This document shows positions 20,869-31,900 of a stretch of DNA of 64,000 nt, piece by piece. Both the position numbers and the translations under genes were made by a program. The notes under the pieces were generated by a model. The model worked only from the letters and a program-made list of their open reading frames with translations, was not told where the DNA came from and searched no databases. Within the stretch, counting starts at the first letter, position 1. The number at the start of each line of letters is the position of its first letter. The stretch is from positions 22,493 through 86,492 of the forward strand of contig CAJUCW010000016.1 of assembly GCA_910585275.1 (NCBI GenBank). Direction: 5' to 3'. This DNA comes from an uncultured Muribaculaceae bacterium. Its GTDB lineage: Bacteria; Bacteroidota; Bacteroidia; Bacteroidales; Muribaculaceae.

Positions 20869-20902
20869 GAGAGCGGTCCCGAACTTCGGGGCCGCTCTCT
20901 TT
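20869..20902 (+). terminator. Rho-independent terminator of gdhA
   Basis: GAGAGCGGTCCCGAAC TTCGGGGCCGCTCTC followed by TTT. Confidence 0.75.
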
Positions 20903-20918
20903 GTGCAAAAAAATATTA

Positions 20919-21020
20919 TTTGTCCCTTCAAAGGAGACTAATTTGCTCGATTTTGTCCCTTTTAAAGGGACAAAATCGGTAAAAACCGTCCCCTTTAAAG
21001 GGATTTTTTGTTATATTTGC
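20919..21020 (+). promoter_or_regulatory. Three phased palindromic boxes plus a TAnnTTTG promoter upstream of the AAA ATPase gene
   Basis: GTCCCtt..AAAGG boxes start at 20922, 20955 and 20988 (33-bp period); TATATTTG at ~21012. Confidence 0.65.
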
Positions 21021-21027
21021 AACAAAA

Positions 21028-22212
21028 ATGAATGCTATGATTGATTTGCGCCTGATCACCTATATGAACGAACAACTCCGTCAGACACCGATGGAGTTTT
21101 ACCGCTATATGTATGACAAGATTTTGTGGAATGAGCGTCTCGTAGGGATTGTAGGTCCGCGTGGTGTGGGAAAATCTACAATGGTGAAGCAATATATACT
21201 CAATCAAGAAAATAGAAAGGAGTGGATATATGTTTCCGTTGACCATTCTTATTTTACAGAGCATACCATCGTTGATTTTGCCGAATCTTGCATAAAGGAA
21301 GGAATCGGTCATATTGTGTTGGATGAAATTCATAAATATGGCAATTGGTCGCAAGAACTTAAAGAAATATATGATTCGCATCCTTCTTTGCAGGTGATTT
21401 TTACGGGAAGTTCTGTTCTGGACATTATTAAAGGTCAGGCCGATTTAAGCCGAAGGGCATTGATCTTCGAAATGCAGGGACTCTCTTTCCGTGAGTTTCT
21501 TTTGCTCTTTCATGGTGTGTCGTTTCCTGTTTATTCTTTAGCCGAAATATTGGATTGCAAGGTAGAACTTCCCGACAATTATCATCCTTTGCCTCATTTT
21601 CGTGAGTATCTCGCCTACGGTTATTATCCATTTTGCACTCCGCAGACATATGCCATGCGTTTGCAGCAGGTAATAACCCAGACACTGGAAGTTGACATAC
21701 CACAATATGCCGGAATGAACATCTCGACTACCAGAAAATTAAAGCAGCTTATGGCGGTGATTGCCAATTCCGCCCCGATAAAGCCAAGCGTCCAGAATTT
21801 AAGTGCCGAATTGAAGGTAAGCAAGAATGATGTGCCCGATTATCTGCTATATTTGGAAAAAGCGGGTTTACTTGCACAGGTGCGTGACGATACGGGAGGA
21901 TTGCGTGGCTTGGGTAAGGTTGAAAAGGTGTTTCTCGACAATCCAAACCTGATGCATGCAATCGGACGTCAGGAACCGAATATAGGTAATGTAAGGGAAA
22001 CTTTCTTTTATAATCAGATGAGGGTTAACAACGATGTGACGACGTCAAAGGAAAGCGACTTTTGCATTGGAGAATACACTTTTGAAATAGGTGGAAGAAA
22101 GAAAGGGAAGAAACATCTTGAAGGGGTTGAAAACGGCATTGTAGTGCGCGATGACATCGAATACGGCCATTCGCAATTCATCCCCCTTTGGAATTTCGGC
22201 CTGAATTACTGA
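21028..22212 (+). CDS. AAA_14 ATPase with DUF4143 C-terminal domain
   Basis: GPRGVGKST, LDEIHKY, TGSS, LSRRA, GLSFREF, RETFF and FEIGG motifs. Confidence 0.88.
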   Translation: MNAMIDLRLITYMNEQLRQTPMEFYRYMYDKILWNERLVGIVGPRGVGKSTMVKQYILNQENRKEWIYVSVDHSYFTEHTIVDFAESCIKEGIGHIVLDEIHKYGNWSQELKEIYDSHPSLQVIFTGSSVLDIIKGQADLSRRALIFEMQGLSFREFLLLFHGVSFPVYSLAEILDCKVELPDNYHPLPHFREYLAYGYYPFCTPQTYAMRLQQVITQTLEVDIPQYAGMNISTTRKLKQLMAVIANSAPIKPSVQNLSAELKVSKNDVPDYLLYLEKAGLLAQVRDDTGGLRGLGKVEKVFLDNPNLMHAIGRQEPNIGNVRETFFYNQMRVNNDVTTSKESDFCIGEYTFEIGGRKKGKKHLEGVENGIVVRDDIEYGHSQFIPLWNFGLNY

Positions 22213-22358
22213 ATTTTGGAATTATATAAAAATGAGGGTGTATCAGAATTGTTAGACAGCCCCACTGTTTAACATATTGTTTAACGTCCCCGATGTTCAT
22301 GTTTGACATTTGTTGAATTTAAACAAATAACTAAATTGTTATGGACTATGCTATCCTA

Positions 22359-23927
22359 TCAAATGTCGCGTGCTACGGTCCAGCCGGTGATGGTGCGGGT
22401 CGCGGTGGAGAAGTTTACGCCGATTCGGATGGTCTCCCTGCCGTCAGCAGCGAAAGGGAGGGCGTAGTGCCGCTCCTCGGTCTGGCGCAGGGCTTCCTCC
22501 GGCGTGCGGTCGAGTTTCAGTTCGATGATATATAGGAATCTCTGTGTGCGTATTAACAGGTCGATACGGCCCTCGGAGGTGCAGTATTCGGTCTCCACAT
22601 GTAGTCCTAAGAGAATCATGAGCATAAGCAATGCGTTGTGGAGGTTGCGCTCGCTGTCCATCTCCATGCGGTAGGACACCGACGAGAACATGCTCTGGAG
22701 TCTGCGCATGAAGCCCTCGACGTCGCCACCATTCAATTCCTCGACAAATTCACCAATGAAGAATTCGGTATCACCTCTCGGGATATTGGCATACCGCGGG
22801 AGCAGATATCCGAGAAAGCCGTCTTTCACCTCCCCGTTGGGAAGACCGAGCGTGAAGATATTATTGCGAAATGATTTTATGGTCAGATAGCCGGTCTGAT
22901 AGAGGAGAGCCTCCGGATTCGGACTGTCGAAATCGAGTCCCTCGAGCATGCCTTGGCTACAACGCGCCTCGAAGAGCGATTTCAGGTCTATGTCGAAGCG
23001 TTTCAACTGATGCTCCAGAAGGGTCATACCTCCCGATTTAATCCAATAATTGTCGATTTCCTCCCTGTCCATTACGTTCAGAAGAGAGTATGGATTATAG
23101 ATATCAGGACTTTTTTTGGCGAAATGATAGCCGTCGAAGCGACTTTTTAACATCTCATGGATCTCCTCCGTGGTCACTCCTTCGGTTTCGGCAAGATCTT
23201 CCATCCCCTGCCGGAAATATTCGGACAGTTCCTGTTCAGTGATGCCGCATATAGCCGCGAATGCGGGCATGAAGCTGATGTCCATTATATTGTTGAGTCC
23301 GGAGAACACCGACAGGTGGGCGAAACGACTCACACCGGTCAGGAAGACCATTCGGATGTATTGTGCGCTGCTCTTGAAGTTGGAGTAAAGGGAGGTAAGC
23401 TCTTCCCTCATCTTCACAAACCGTGTGTCGTTGTGGAGGTTGTTGACCAGCGGCTTGTCGTATTCATCTACAAGGATGATTACCTGCTTGCCCGTCTTCT
23501 CATAGGCATTGGAAATCACCTCCCTGAATCTCAGGGAAAAACTGTCTGTCTGAAGATGGCAATCGTATTCATTCTCCCATTTTTCTATATTGTATTCTAA
23601 TATCTCGGCAAGGGCCTCATCTCTGGCGTAAGATTCTATATTCAAGTCAAGATATAAGACTGGACAGGGCTCCCAGTCCCAGTCCATTGTGTCGGCATAG
23701 AGTCCTTTGAATAGTTCGCGCCGCCCTTCGAAGAAGCAACGCATCATCGACAGGAAAAGACTCTTCCCGAACCGGCGGGGACGCCCCAGGAAGAAATATT
23801 TTCCGCCACGGTCGAGAAGCTGTTCTACATACTGTGTCTTGTCAACATACAGACAGTCTCTTTCTCTCAGAGCCTCAAACGACTGTTCACCAACCGGGTA
23901 TTTTATCTTCTTTCCCATATCCTGCAT
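22359..23927 (-). CDS. AAA-ATPase-like protein with C-terminal PD-(D/E)XK nuclease (PDDEXK_9/DUF1703)
   Basis: YVDKT, RPRRFGKSL, LVDEYDKP, YNPYS and GRIDLL...IIELK motifs. Confidence 0.9.
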   Translation of the reverse strand: MQDMGKKIKYPVGEQSFEALRERDCLYVDKTQYVEQLLDRGGKYFFLGRPRRFGKSLFLSMMRCFFEGRRELFKGLYADTMDWDWEPCPVLYLDLNIESYARDEALAEILEYNIEKWENEYDCHLQTDSFSLRFREVISNAYEKTGKQVIILVDEYDKPLVNNLHNDTRFVKMREELTSLYSNFKSSAQYIRMVFLTGVSRFAHLSVFSGLNNIMDISFMPAFAAICGITEQELSEYFRQGMEDLAETEGVTTEEIHEMLKSRFDGYHFAKKSPDIYNPYSLLNVMDREEIDNYWIKSGGMTLLEHQLKRFDIDLKSLFEARCSQGMLEGLDFDSPNPEALLYQTGYLTIKSFRNNIFTLGLPNGEVKDGFLGYLLPRYANIPRGDTEFFIGEFVEELNGGDVEGFMRRLQSMFSSVSYRMEMDSERNLHNALLMLMILLGLHVETEYCTSEGRIDLLIRTQRFLYIIELKLDRTPEEALRQTEERHYALPFAADGRETIRIGVNFSTATRTITGWTVARDI

Positions 23928-24139
23928 TTGTTATTCTCGGAAATATCCTCAAAGATATAATAAAATAACAATTTCTGCAAATATCTATTTGCAGACTCTA
24001 ACCTTTAGAGAATTTAATGCCGCACTCAGATTCTGAAAGCTTAGCTTTATAGGGACCGAATTGACAATCACCGCCATAAGTTGTCTTAGGGATTATCTGT
24101 AATGATTACTTTTTATAAAGTTATTTTAATTGGGGGATT

Positions 24140-24189
24140 ATTTCTATTCGCCATTTACAGCAAATTTGCTGTAAATGGCGAATAGAAAT
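24140..24189. repeat. Perfect 50-bp palindrome
   Basis: ATTTCTATTCGCCATTTACAGCAAA immediately followed by its reverse complement. Confidence 0.85.
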
Positions 24190-24227
24190 GGAATATATAA
24201 GATAGACGTATCTTGACAAATTGATTG

Positions 24228-25907
24228 TCAGTTTACTTGGCATTTTATTGGGTCGGCGGAGGGGATGACGGTTATGTGGAACGAGTCGCCTTTGACGACA
24301 GTCGCGAGTTTTTTGCCGCCTCTCTTTGCTTCTATTTTCTTGCCTTTCCAATCTCCCTTTATGCAAATGGTTACGGGGGCCGTGAAAAGTCCGGGGTCGA
24401 GATTCATTTCGGTTGTTATGTCGAAACCGTATTTTTTAGGATATAACTTTATGACCGTATTGTCTCGAATTGTCCTGTAAGCGGCGCATTCCTTAAAGGT
24501 GCCCACCCAGATGTCATCCTCATGGCTCTTCACATATTCAAACATATCCCATAGGTCTTTTGGGGTGTGCCATTTATCGTAGCCTGTGGTGATGCCATGT
24601 GTCATGGTAACTCCCCACAAACCGTTTTTCATTACATCGTCAACCCATTTTTTTATTTTTTCGGGGGTGGATTTGTTGTTTTGCTGTCCGATTCCGGTCT
24701 GGTGCATGCGTGTGCCCACACGCCCTTCTTCGGCGATATCAATGAGCCATGGGCGTGTAGCATTGAAAGGATAGCAGAACGTGAGAGGCTTTTGTCCCAC
24801 GTGACGCATTATTGCGCTATCATTCATCTCTATATTTTTGCGCGCTTCTTCAGGCGACATCAGAACCAGCTTTCCATGACTCCACGAATGGTTGGAAATC
24901 TCATGTCCCCTTTCCGACATTTCTTTTAGTTGACTCCACGACATACGAGGTCTTACGGAATCACCATCATCTATCTTTTTACCGATAATCCAGAAAGTGC
25001 CTCTAAAACCACGTTTTTCAAGTTCAGGGGCTGCCAACAGATAATGGTCGAGGTCTCCGTCGTCGAAAGTGAAACTGATTGCAGACTTCTTTCCATATTT
25101 GTAAGGGGTGATATAGGCTGACTCTACGAGCGGGGTCATTGCGTCGGCGTAGCGTCGGCCGAGTTCAATCTGGGCTTTACGGCTGAAGTGCGGGTCCTGG
25201 GGTTTGTCTTTGAAAAGGCGGCCGAGACCGTCGCTCGTCACGTAGTTGCAATTCTTTACTTCCCGGCATATTGCAGGCACTACTGAGTCATTGAAGTTAC
25301 GAATATCCTCTTCCGGCGCCCATTCCCATTGACCTAACTGACCTATTACCACAGGGATGTCGCCATGTCCGAGTGAATCGCGCAGCGCGGTAATCATTGT
25401 CTTGAATTTTCCGGCATAGTCAGGTGTCTTTTTCTGAACGTTGGTTTCTCCCTGATGCCATAGTATCCCTTTCAGATTGCCATGAGGTATTGCCTGGCGT
25501 GTACGCCTGACGGCCTCATCGAGGAATCCGTCTTTATGTTGTGGTTGCCAACTCATTATGGATGACCCTCCCTTGGCGTTCACAACGAGAAGAATCTTTC
25601 TTCCGGTGCGTCCGTGCATAAGTTTTGAAAAATTGTTGGCCAGGGAATAACCCTGCAGTTTCAAATCCTTGCGGATGGACGAATATTTATTGAAAGGAGC
25701 CTTGGCTTTCTCCGGCACCCCTTCGGAATTCAGTAGCCATACCCCTTCTATCGTTTTCGTCGTGTCTTCCGGTTCGAAACTGCCGCGTCCTGCCATGTTC
25801 GACTGCCCGATGAGAAGATATATGTCATAGTCGTCGGAAAAGCCATAGCAGTTTGCCCCAATAAGGCAAACTGCTATGGTAGTGAAAATGTATTTTAATA
25901 TGTTCAT
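24228..25907 (-). CDS. Carbohydrate esterase fusion: SASA/CE6-like acetylesterase plus polysaccharide deacetylase (CE4-like)
   Basis: GQSNMAGRG, WHQGE and DPHF in the N-terminal half; SFTFDDG, HEISNHSWSH and YPF in the C-terminal half. Confidence 0.85.
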   Translation of the reverse strand: MNILKYIFTTIAVCLIGANCYGFSDDYDIYLLIGQSNMAGRGSFEPEDTTKTIEGVWLLNSEGVPEKAKAPFNKYSSIRKDLKLQGYSLANNFSKLMHGRTGRKILLVVNAKGGSSIMSWQPQHKDGFLDEAVRRTRQAIPHGNLKGILWHQGETNVQKKTPDYAGKFKTMITALRDSLGHGDIPVVIGQLGQWEWAPEEDIRNFNDSVVPAICREVKNCNYVTSDGLGRLFKDKPQDPHFSRKAQIELGRRYADAMTPLVESAYITPYKYGKKSAISFTFDDGDLDHYLLAAPELEKRGFRGTFWIIGKKIDDGDSVRPRMSWSQLKEMSERGHEISNHSWSHGKLVLMSPEEARKNIEMNDSAIMRHVGQKPLTFCYPFNATRPWLIDIAEEGRVGTRMHQTGIGQQNNKSTPEKIKKWVDDVMKNGLWGVTMTHGITTGYDKWHTPKDLWDMFEYVKSHEDDIWVGTFKECAAYRTIRDNTVIKLYPKKYGFDITTEMNLDPGLFTAPVTICIKGDWKGKKIEAKRGGKKLATVVKGDSFHITVIPSADPIKCQVN

Positions 25908-25950
25908 AGATAGATTTATAATTATATAACGAAGAGTATGAAGATGAGGT

Positions 25951-27297
25951 TTAGTCTTTAGTGTCGGGAGCGATTTCAGATGCGGGAGACGAACCTTTAG
26001 CATGAAAACGGTGTCCCATTTTTTTACCATAGGCGGGAGACGACGGCTTAAGTTTCAAGAATGTGATGTCGGGCAATGAGCCGTCGGCATTTCTCGGTTT
26101 CAACAGTTGCGAAGCATCGAGGCTTTCAAAGTCGGAATCCTTTAAAGAAATATCTGAGAAGAAAGAGTTGTTGGAGGCAGAGCTGAGATTTTGGTCGAAA
26201 TTTACGCAGTCGGCACCGGAAAGGGTCGGTTTGTAAGCAACATTGTTAGAGAGATTGTGTCCATATCCTTCGACATCCACTGCTTCCTGATGCGACTTGC
26301 GATTGACCATATTGAAATTCCTTGTGTTGTGGAAAGCTGTGTTGTTGGTGAAATCAAGGCCTCCGAGATGATGGTTGGCATAAAAACCGTTTTGCTTGTT
26401 CGACCATGAAATACAGTTCCTGACTATATTGCGGGGAGGAACTTTCTTAGAGTCAACAGTCGGTTTCATACCGTATCCGCCGGATTTGAATCCTGTGCCG
26501 TCGCCTCTTGAAATCCTGTCGGCATCATAGCCGTTTTCCTATGCCCAGCAGTTTTCAATAATGACCGGTGCGAGGTTGTTGATGAGGTCGTAGCCGTCGT
26601 CGCTGTTGCGCCAGGCGCGGCAACCCTTCACTACGTTTCCGGTGTAGCTTGCACCGTTGAGGTGGAATCCGAATCCGTCGCAGTTGCCACCGTATCCGTT
26701 TTCCGACACTGGGTCGTAGTTATTGTAAGCATCGCAGTTCAGCACGAGATTGTCGGAGCCCTTTGTGGCATAAACCCCGATTCCCATGCCGTCGTGCATG
26801 TTCACTCGCTCGATGATGCAGTTGCTGCCGCCGAAGAGCCCCACATTGATGCTTTGCGTGTGGCCGGTCTGGGTCACCTGTATTCCCACGATATCGAAGT
26901 CTTTCAGATGCCAATAGTCTGATTTTACGTAGAATCCCATTACCCTTTCGTCAGGTCTCACTTCGGAGAGGTCTATGACGGCTTTCTCTCCGGGGTAGCC
27001 GGATATGGTGATAGGAGAACCGGCTATCCCGTTTGTGAAAAGGTCATAGACGCAGGAATAAACACCCTCGGCATTCTTGCGCATGATATCTGAATTATTA
27101 GGTTTATAAGTCCCTTCTCTCAGATATATGGTAGAACCCGGTTTGGCTGATTGGATAGCCTTCTTGATAGAATGGTATGGAGCTTCGATGCTCCCGCTGT
27201 TGTTGTCGTCGCCGTCGGGGGCTACATAGTAATCCGTGGCTGAAACATTCATGCAGAATGCAAGCATCGACGCCGATATAGTCGAAATCCTTTTCAT
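25951..27297 (-). pseudogene. PL9 pectate-lyase-like paralog interrupted by an in-frame TAG
   Basis: Collinear with 27443..28885; ENCWA*ENGYD at 26539-26541 where the paralog has TGG (W); also lacks the C-terminal sorting tail. Confidence 0.85.
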
Positions 27298-27442
27298 GAA
27301 ATTAAGGTTTTGTAGTTCTAAATTTTATAATTGAAGTTTGAATAACTTCAGTCGCTTATTCCAGACGATTAACGGCTTGTCTTAAAATCGTCAATGCCAA
27401 TCAATCCTCCATATCTGCAATCAGAAGGTTAAAAGAATGGAA

Positions 27443-28885
27443 TCATGGAATATAGACTACCTTTCCCGATTTTATATAAAAACCTTTTGAGGGATTCTTT
27501 ATGATTATGCCGTCCAACCCATAAACCGGTTCTTCGCTGTCGTCGTTAGTATCAGGTGTGATTTCCGAGACAGCGGAAGAATCTTCGGCAGGGAACTGAT
27601 ATCCCATTTTCATGCCGTAGGCAGTTGATGATGATTTAAACCTCATGAAAGTAATGTCGGGTAATGAACCGTCGGCATTTCTCGGCTTCAATAGTTGCGA
27701 AGCATCGAGGCTTTCAAAGTCGGAATCCTTTAAAGAAATATCTGAGAAGAATGTATTGTTGGATGCTGAACTGAGGCTTTGGTCGAAGTTCACACAGTCG
27801 GCACCGGAAAGGGTCGGTTTGTAAGAAACGTTGTTCGAGAGATTGTGTCCATATCCTTCTACATCCACAGCTTCCTGATGCGATTTGCGGTTGACCATAT
27901 TGAAATTCCTTTTGTTGCGGAAAGCTGTGTTGTTGATGAAATCCAGTCCTGCCAGATGATGGTTGGCATAAAAACCGTTTTGCTTGTTCGACCATGAAAT
28001 ACAGTTACGGACTATATTGCGCGGAGGTATTTTTTTAGAGTCAACGGTTGATTTCATGCCATAGCCGCCGGATTTGAACCCGGTGCCGTCTCCTCTTGAA
28101 ACCCTGTCGGCGTCGTAGCCGTTTTCCCATGCCCAACAGTTTTCTATGGTGACGGGGGCAAGATTGTTGATAAGGTCGTAGCCGTCGTCGCTGTTGCGCC
28201 ATGCACGGCACCCTTTCACTACATTTCCCGTATAGCGTGCGTTATTGAGGTGGAATCCGAATCCGTCGCAATTGCCGCCTGCACCGTTTTCCGAGACCGG
28301 GTCATAGTTGTTGTATGCATCACAATTCAGCACGAGATTGTTGGACCCTCTTGTGGCATAAACCCCGATTCCCATGCCGTCGTGCATGTTCACTCGTTCG
28401 ATGATGCAGTTGCTGCCGCCGAAGAGTCCCACATTGATGCTTTGGGTATGCCCGGTCTGGGTCACCTGGATTCCGACGATATCGAAGTCTTTCAGATGCC
28501 AATAGTCTGATTTTACATAAAATCCTATCACCCTTGCGTCAGGTTTTACTTCGGAGAGGTCGATGACGGCTTTCTCTTCGGGATATCCTGAAATTGTGAT
28601 GGGCGATCCTGCATTCCCTTTAGTGGAAAGGTCATAGACGCAGGAGTAAACACCTTCGGCATTCTCGCGCATGATATCGGAATTCAGGGGCTTATAAGTG
28701 CCTTCCCTCAGATATATGGTAGAACCCGGTTTGGCTGATTGGATAGCCTTCTTGATAGAATGGTATGGAGCTTCGATGCTCCCGCTGTTGTTGTCGTCGC
28801 CGTCGGGGGCTACATAGTAATCCGTGGCTGAAACATTCATGCAGAATGCAAGCATCGACGCCGATATAATGAAAATCCTTTTCAT
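27443..28885 (-). CDS. PL9 family polysaccharide lyase (right-handed beta-helix) with T9SS-like C-terminal tail
   Basis: YYVAPDGDD, NCDAYNNYD, NCDGFG, CRAWRNSDDGYD and GFKSGG motifs; ends KGFYIKSGKVVYIP. Confidence 0.88.
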   Translation of the reverse strand: MKRIFIISASMLAFCMNVSATDYYVAPDGDDNNSGSIEAPYHSIKKAIQSAKPGSTIYLREGTYKPLNSDIMRENAEGVYSCVYDLSTKGNAGSPITISGYPEEKAVIDLSEVKPDARVIGFYVKSDYWHLKDFDIVGIQVTQTGHTQSINVGLFGGSNCIIERVNMHDGMGIGVYATRGSNNLVLNCDAYNNYDPVSENGAGGNCDGFGFHLNNARYTGNVVKGCRAWRNSDDGYDLINNLAPVTIENCWAWENGYDADRVSRGDGTGFKSGGYGMKSTVDSKKIPPRNIVRNCISWSNKQNGFYANHHLAGLDFINNTAFRNKRNFNMVNRKSHQEAVDVEGYGHNLSNNVSYKPTLSGADCVNFDQSLSSASNNTFFSDISLKDSDFESLDASQLLKPRNADGSLPDITFMRFKSSSTAYGMKMGYQFPAEDSSAVSEITPDTNDDSEEPVYGLDGIIIKNPSKGFYIKSGKVVYIP

Positions 28886-28952
28886 GATAATGCGGTTTTG
28901 ATTCTTTAAATGATTATTCAACTAACTATGTAACTTTTAAATTCATTAAAAA

Positions 28953-31900
28953 TTATTTCAGATTGCGGAGGAATTCTATTTCAATTATTTTCAGAGATTT
29001 GCCCGCTTTCCCTTTTTTCTCGTCGTTGCTGCTGTCCATCTCCTTGATGGCTCCGAATGCATCCTTGTCGGTTGACGCCCCTGCCATTTTCACAGTGTAG
29101 CGTTGTGCTTTGGGTGCATCTGCCGGTATGGGAAGATGCGAGAATCCGAGACCTTTAGGAGTCCATCCTTCCCATATTTTCACGGCTTCCGAAGAATCGG
29201 CAGGATGGGCATATATCTCTATAGGATAAGACGAGGAACGGAATCCCTTCATTTTCACACATACCTCGTCGATATTGGTGAGTTCCGAAAGTGTATAGGT
29301 CACCCATGCTTTATCAAGGTCGGCGTCGCTTTCCCATGAGGTGTTTTCGTATGTATCGTAGCTCAATGTGGGGTCGCCCGAACCCGCTACGGCACTCATG
29401 ATTGCCACTTCCCTTCGCCATGGCACAAACGACTGACCCTTCGGTGTTTCGCCCCTGTCGAGTCGGGAAACAAGCCCTTCAGAGGGAATATAGTCTGAAA
29501 TGCCGTCCGTTACATCTATGGGTAGAGTGTTGAATTCTATCTCCGCCTCCGGTAGGCCTTCTGCTTTGGCTATAAGACGCACCTTTCCGGGTTTTGTAAG
29601 CGACCTCAGCATCACCCTGTTGACTCCGCATTCCACAGGGAGAGTGTCGCAAAGCACATGATTAAGGGTGGCAAGTGTTTTTTTATCATATTTCTGGTTG
29701 TCGCCTTCCGCCATAGCCGATGTTGAGGTAAGGGCTGCCTGGTTGGTCGTGAAGCCGAAAGGTTTGTTTTTGGCTATTCCGCCGCGCCATTCCGCCGGCC
29801 CTTTGAGAGAAAACTTCACGAGACGGTTGTCGAGAGGGCATCTTCTTCCTTCTGCATCCACCACTTCGAATTGCACGAGAGCCACGTCGTTGCCATCGGC
29901 TTTCCATCCTGTAGGATTCTCAATGGCTGTGAGTCTGAGGGCCTTGGGGGCACCGGCGGTATATTTTACGTCGCGCGATGTTTCTTTGCCGTCTTTGCCA
30001 TAAGCGATGGCCGTAAGGACGCCGTCTTCATATTTCACGTCTTTGAAAGTGAAAAGGAACTTATAGTCGTGGCTTTCCGGAAGAATGGTTTTACCGTTTT
30101 GGCGAAGCACTACGCTGTCGGCATTTGAGACAACATAGACGGTGGGTACGGAGAATCCCGGTTCATAGTTCCAATGTCCTACGATATAGGTGCGGGGCCG
30201 GAGGTCATCGACCCAGCCGTCCCACATCACCTGATGGGCGAAGAATGCGTCTTTCTCGATTCTCATGGGATCTACCACGCCGCTTACGCGGTAATTGTCG
30301 GCGCTTCTGCCGTGGCTCTGCGTGTCGCTGAACACTATCTTGGCCCCTCCCGAATTGACCTTTGTGCCGCTTCCCGGACGCTCTATCCAGTAATCATACC
30401 AACGGCGCACGAGTTCAGCCACAAATTCATCGTTGTTATGGTTGTAGGCGGTGGCCGGGGCATTCCGGTAAAGAGGTCCGTCCCCTTCCGGATGGAAAGG
30501 ATATGACCACGAATTCCAATAGAAGCGATGGGCTTCGTCGCGGCAGTATTCCATCATCCACATCGGTTTTGTGTCGCTCTTGTTGACGTAAAGCATCTCG
30601 CCGCCGTATTCGGCTTCGGGCTTGTCGAGCATTTCGCGCGAGCCTATGGCACGGCTTCCGTAAGGGTCATACTGATTGCGCAGGGCAATCATCTCCTTCA
30701 TGTGCTGGCCGGAAATGCGCTGGTTGCCGCATTCGTAGAAAAGGATGGAGGGCGCGTTGCGGTTGTAGATTATGGCGTCGCGCATAAGTTCGAGACGCTG
30801 TTCCCATTTTCTCCCTTCGGAGTCCCTTTCGGCATCACCTGCGGGCATTGCCTGGATAAGCCCCACGCGGTCGCAGCTTTCCACATCCTGCCGTCCGGGA
30901 CAGGTGTGCATCCATCTTACGAGGTTGCCTCCCGATTTCACGAAAAGGTCGTTGGAATAGTCGGATAGCCATGCCGGCATGGCCTGCCCCACTCCGGGCC
31001 ATTCGTTGGTGGTTCGCTGAGCGTAGCCATGCACCATTATTACGCGGTCGTTGAGATATATCATGCCGTTTTTGAATTCGGCTTTACGGAAACCGGTGGT
31101 TGTGGTGACGTTGTCGGAGGTTTCACTCCCTTTAAGCGAGGTTGTCACGTCGTAAAGGTAGCCGTATCCCCACGACCAGAATTTCATGTTGTTCACGCGT
31201 TTTTCGGCATGTAGAGTGGCTGTCGCTCCAGCCGGGATTGTTTTGGGTGCGCCATCGAACGTGGCCACCGTCTTGCCGTCGGCATCTTTCACGCTGACCT
31301 GGAGCGATTTCGTGACTGGTTTGGATGTGGAATTGTGAACTTCGCTCTCCACGTTGATTGTCACGCTTCCTGTCGGAACGTCGTATTCCGTACCGTAAAC
31401 GTATGTGCCTGTCGTACCGAGGTTGGAGAATAGCGGCAACGTCTGATATACCGGGTCGGTGACATGGAGCCATACGTTTTTGGGTATGCCTCCATAATTC
31501 ACGTTGAAAGATTTAGTATGCCATTGCCATGTCGAACCGGTGGCCTGTTCTTTATAGTCCCATGCGTTGTCGGTGCGTACTTCGATAAGGTTGTCGCCCG
31601 GTTTTAGATATGGCGTAAGGTCGAATCCGAAAGCCATCACGCCGTTTTCCGACAATCCAATCTTTTTACCGTTGAGGAAAACTTCGGCTGCCTGGCGTGC
31701 GCCTTCGAACTCTATGAAAACTTTCTTGTCGCCGTGGGATATGGCGGTTTCCACATCTTTCGGCAATTTGAAATTCTTTCTATACCATACTTCGCCTGTG
31801 GGCATTTCGTAGGTGGATACTTTGAATGACTCATCTTCATTCCATGCATGTGGAAGCGTGACGGGACGTTTCTTCAATATTTTCGACACCTCTTTATCAG

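Noticed and set aside
22233..22265. GAGGGTGT...GACAGCCCC imperfect inverted repeat as an IS end
   Set aside because: Too short and degenerate, with no transposase remnant; more simply a terminator-like hairpin.
26539..26541. In-frame TAG as programmed readthrough or an alternative genetic code
   Set aside because: A single G-to-A change from the paralog's TGG; no other long gene in the window shows internal TAG codons.
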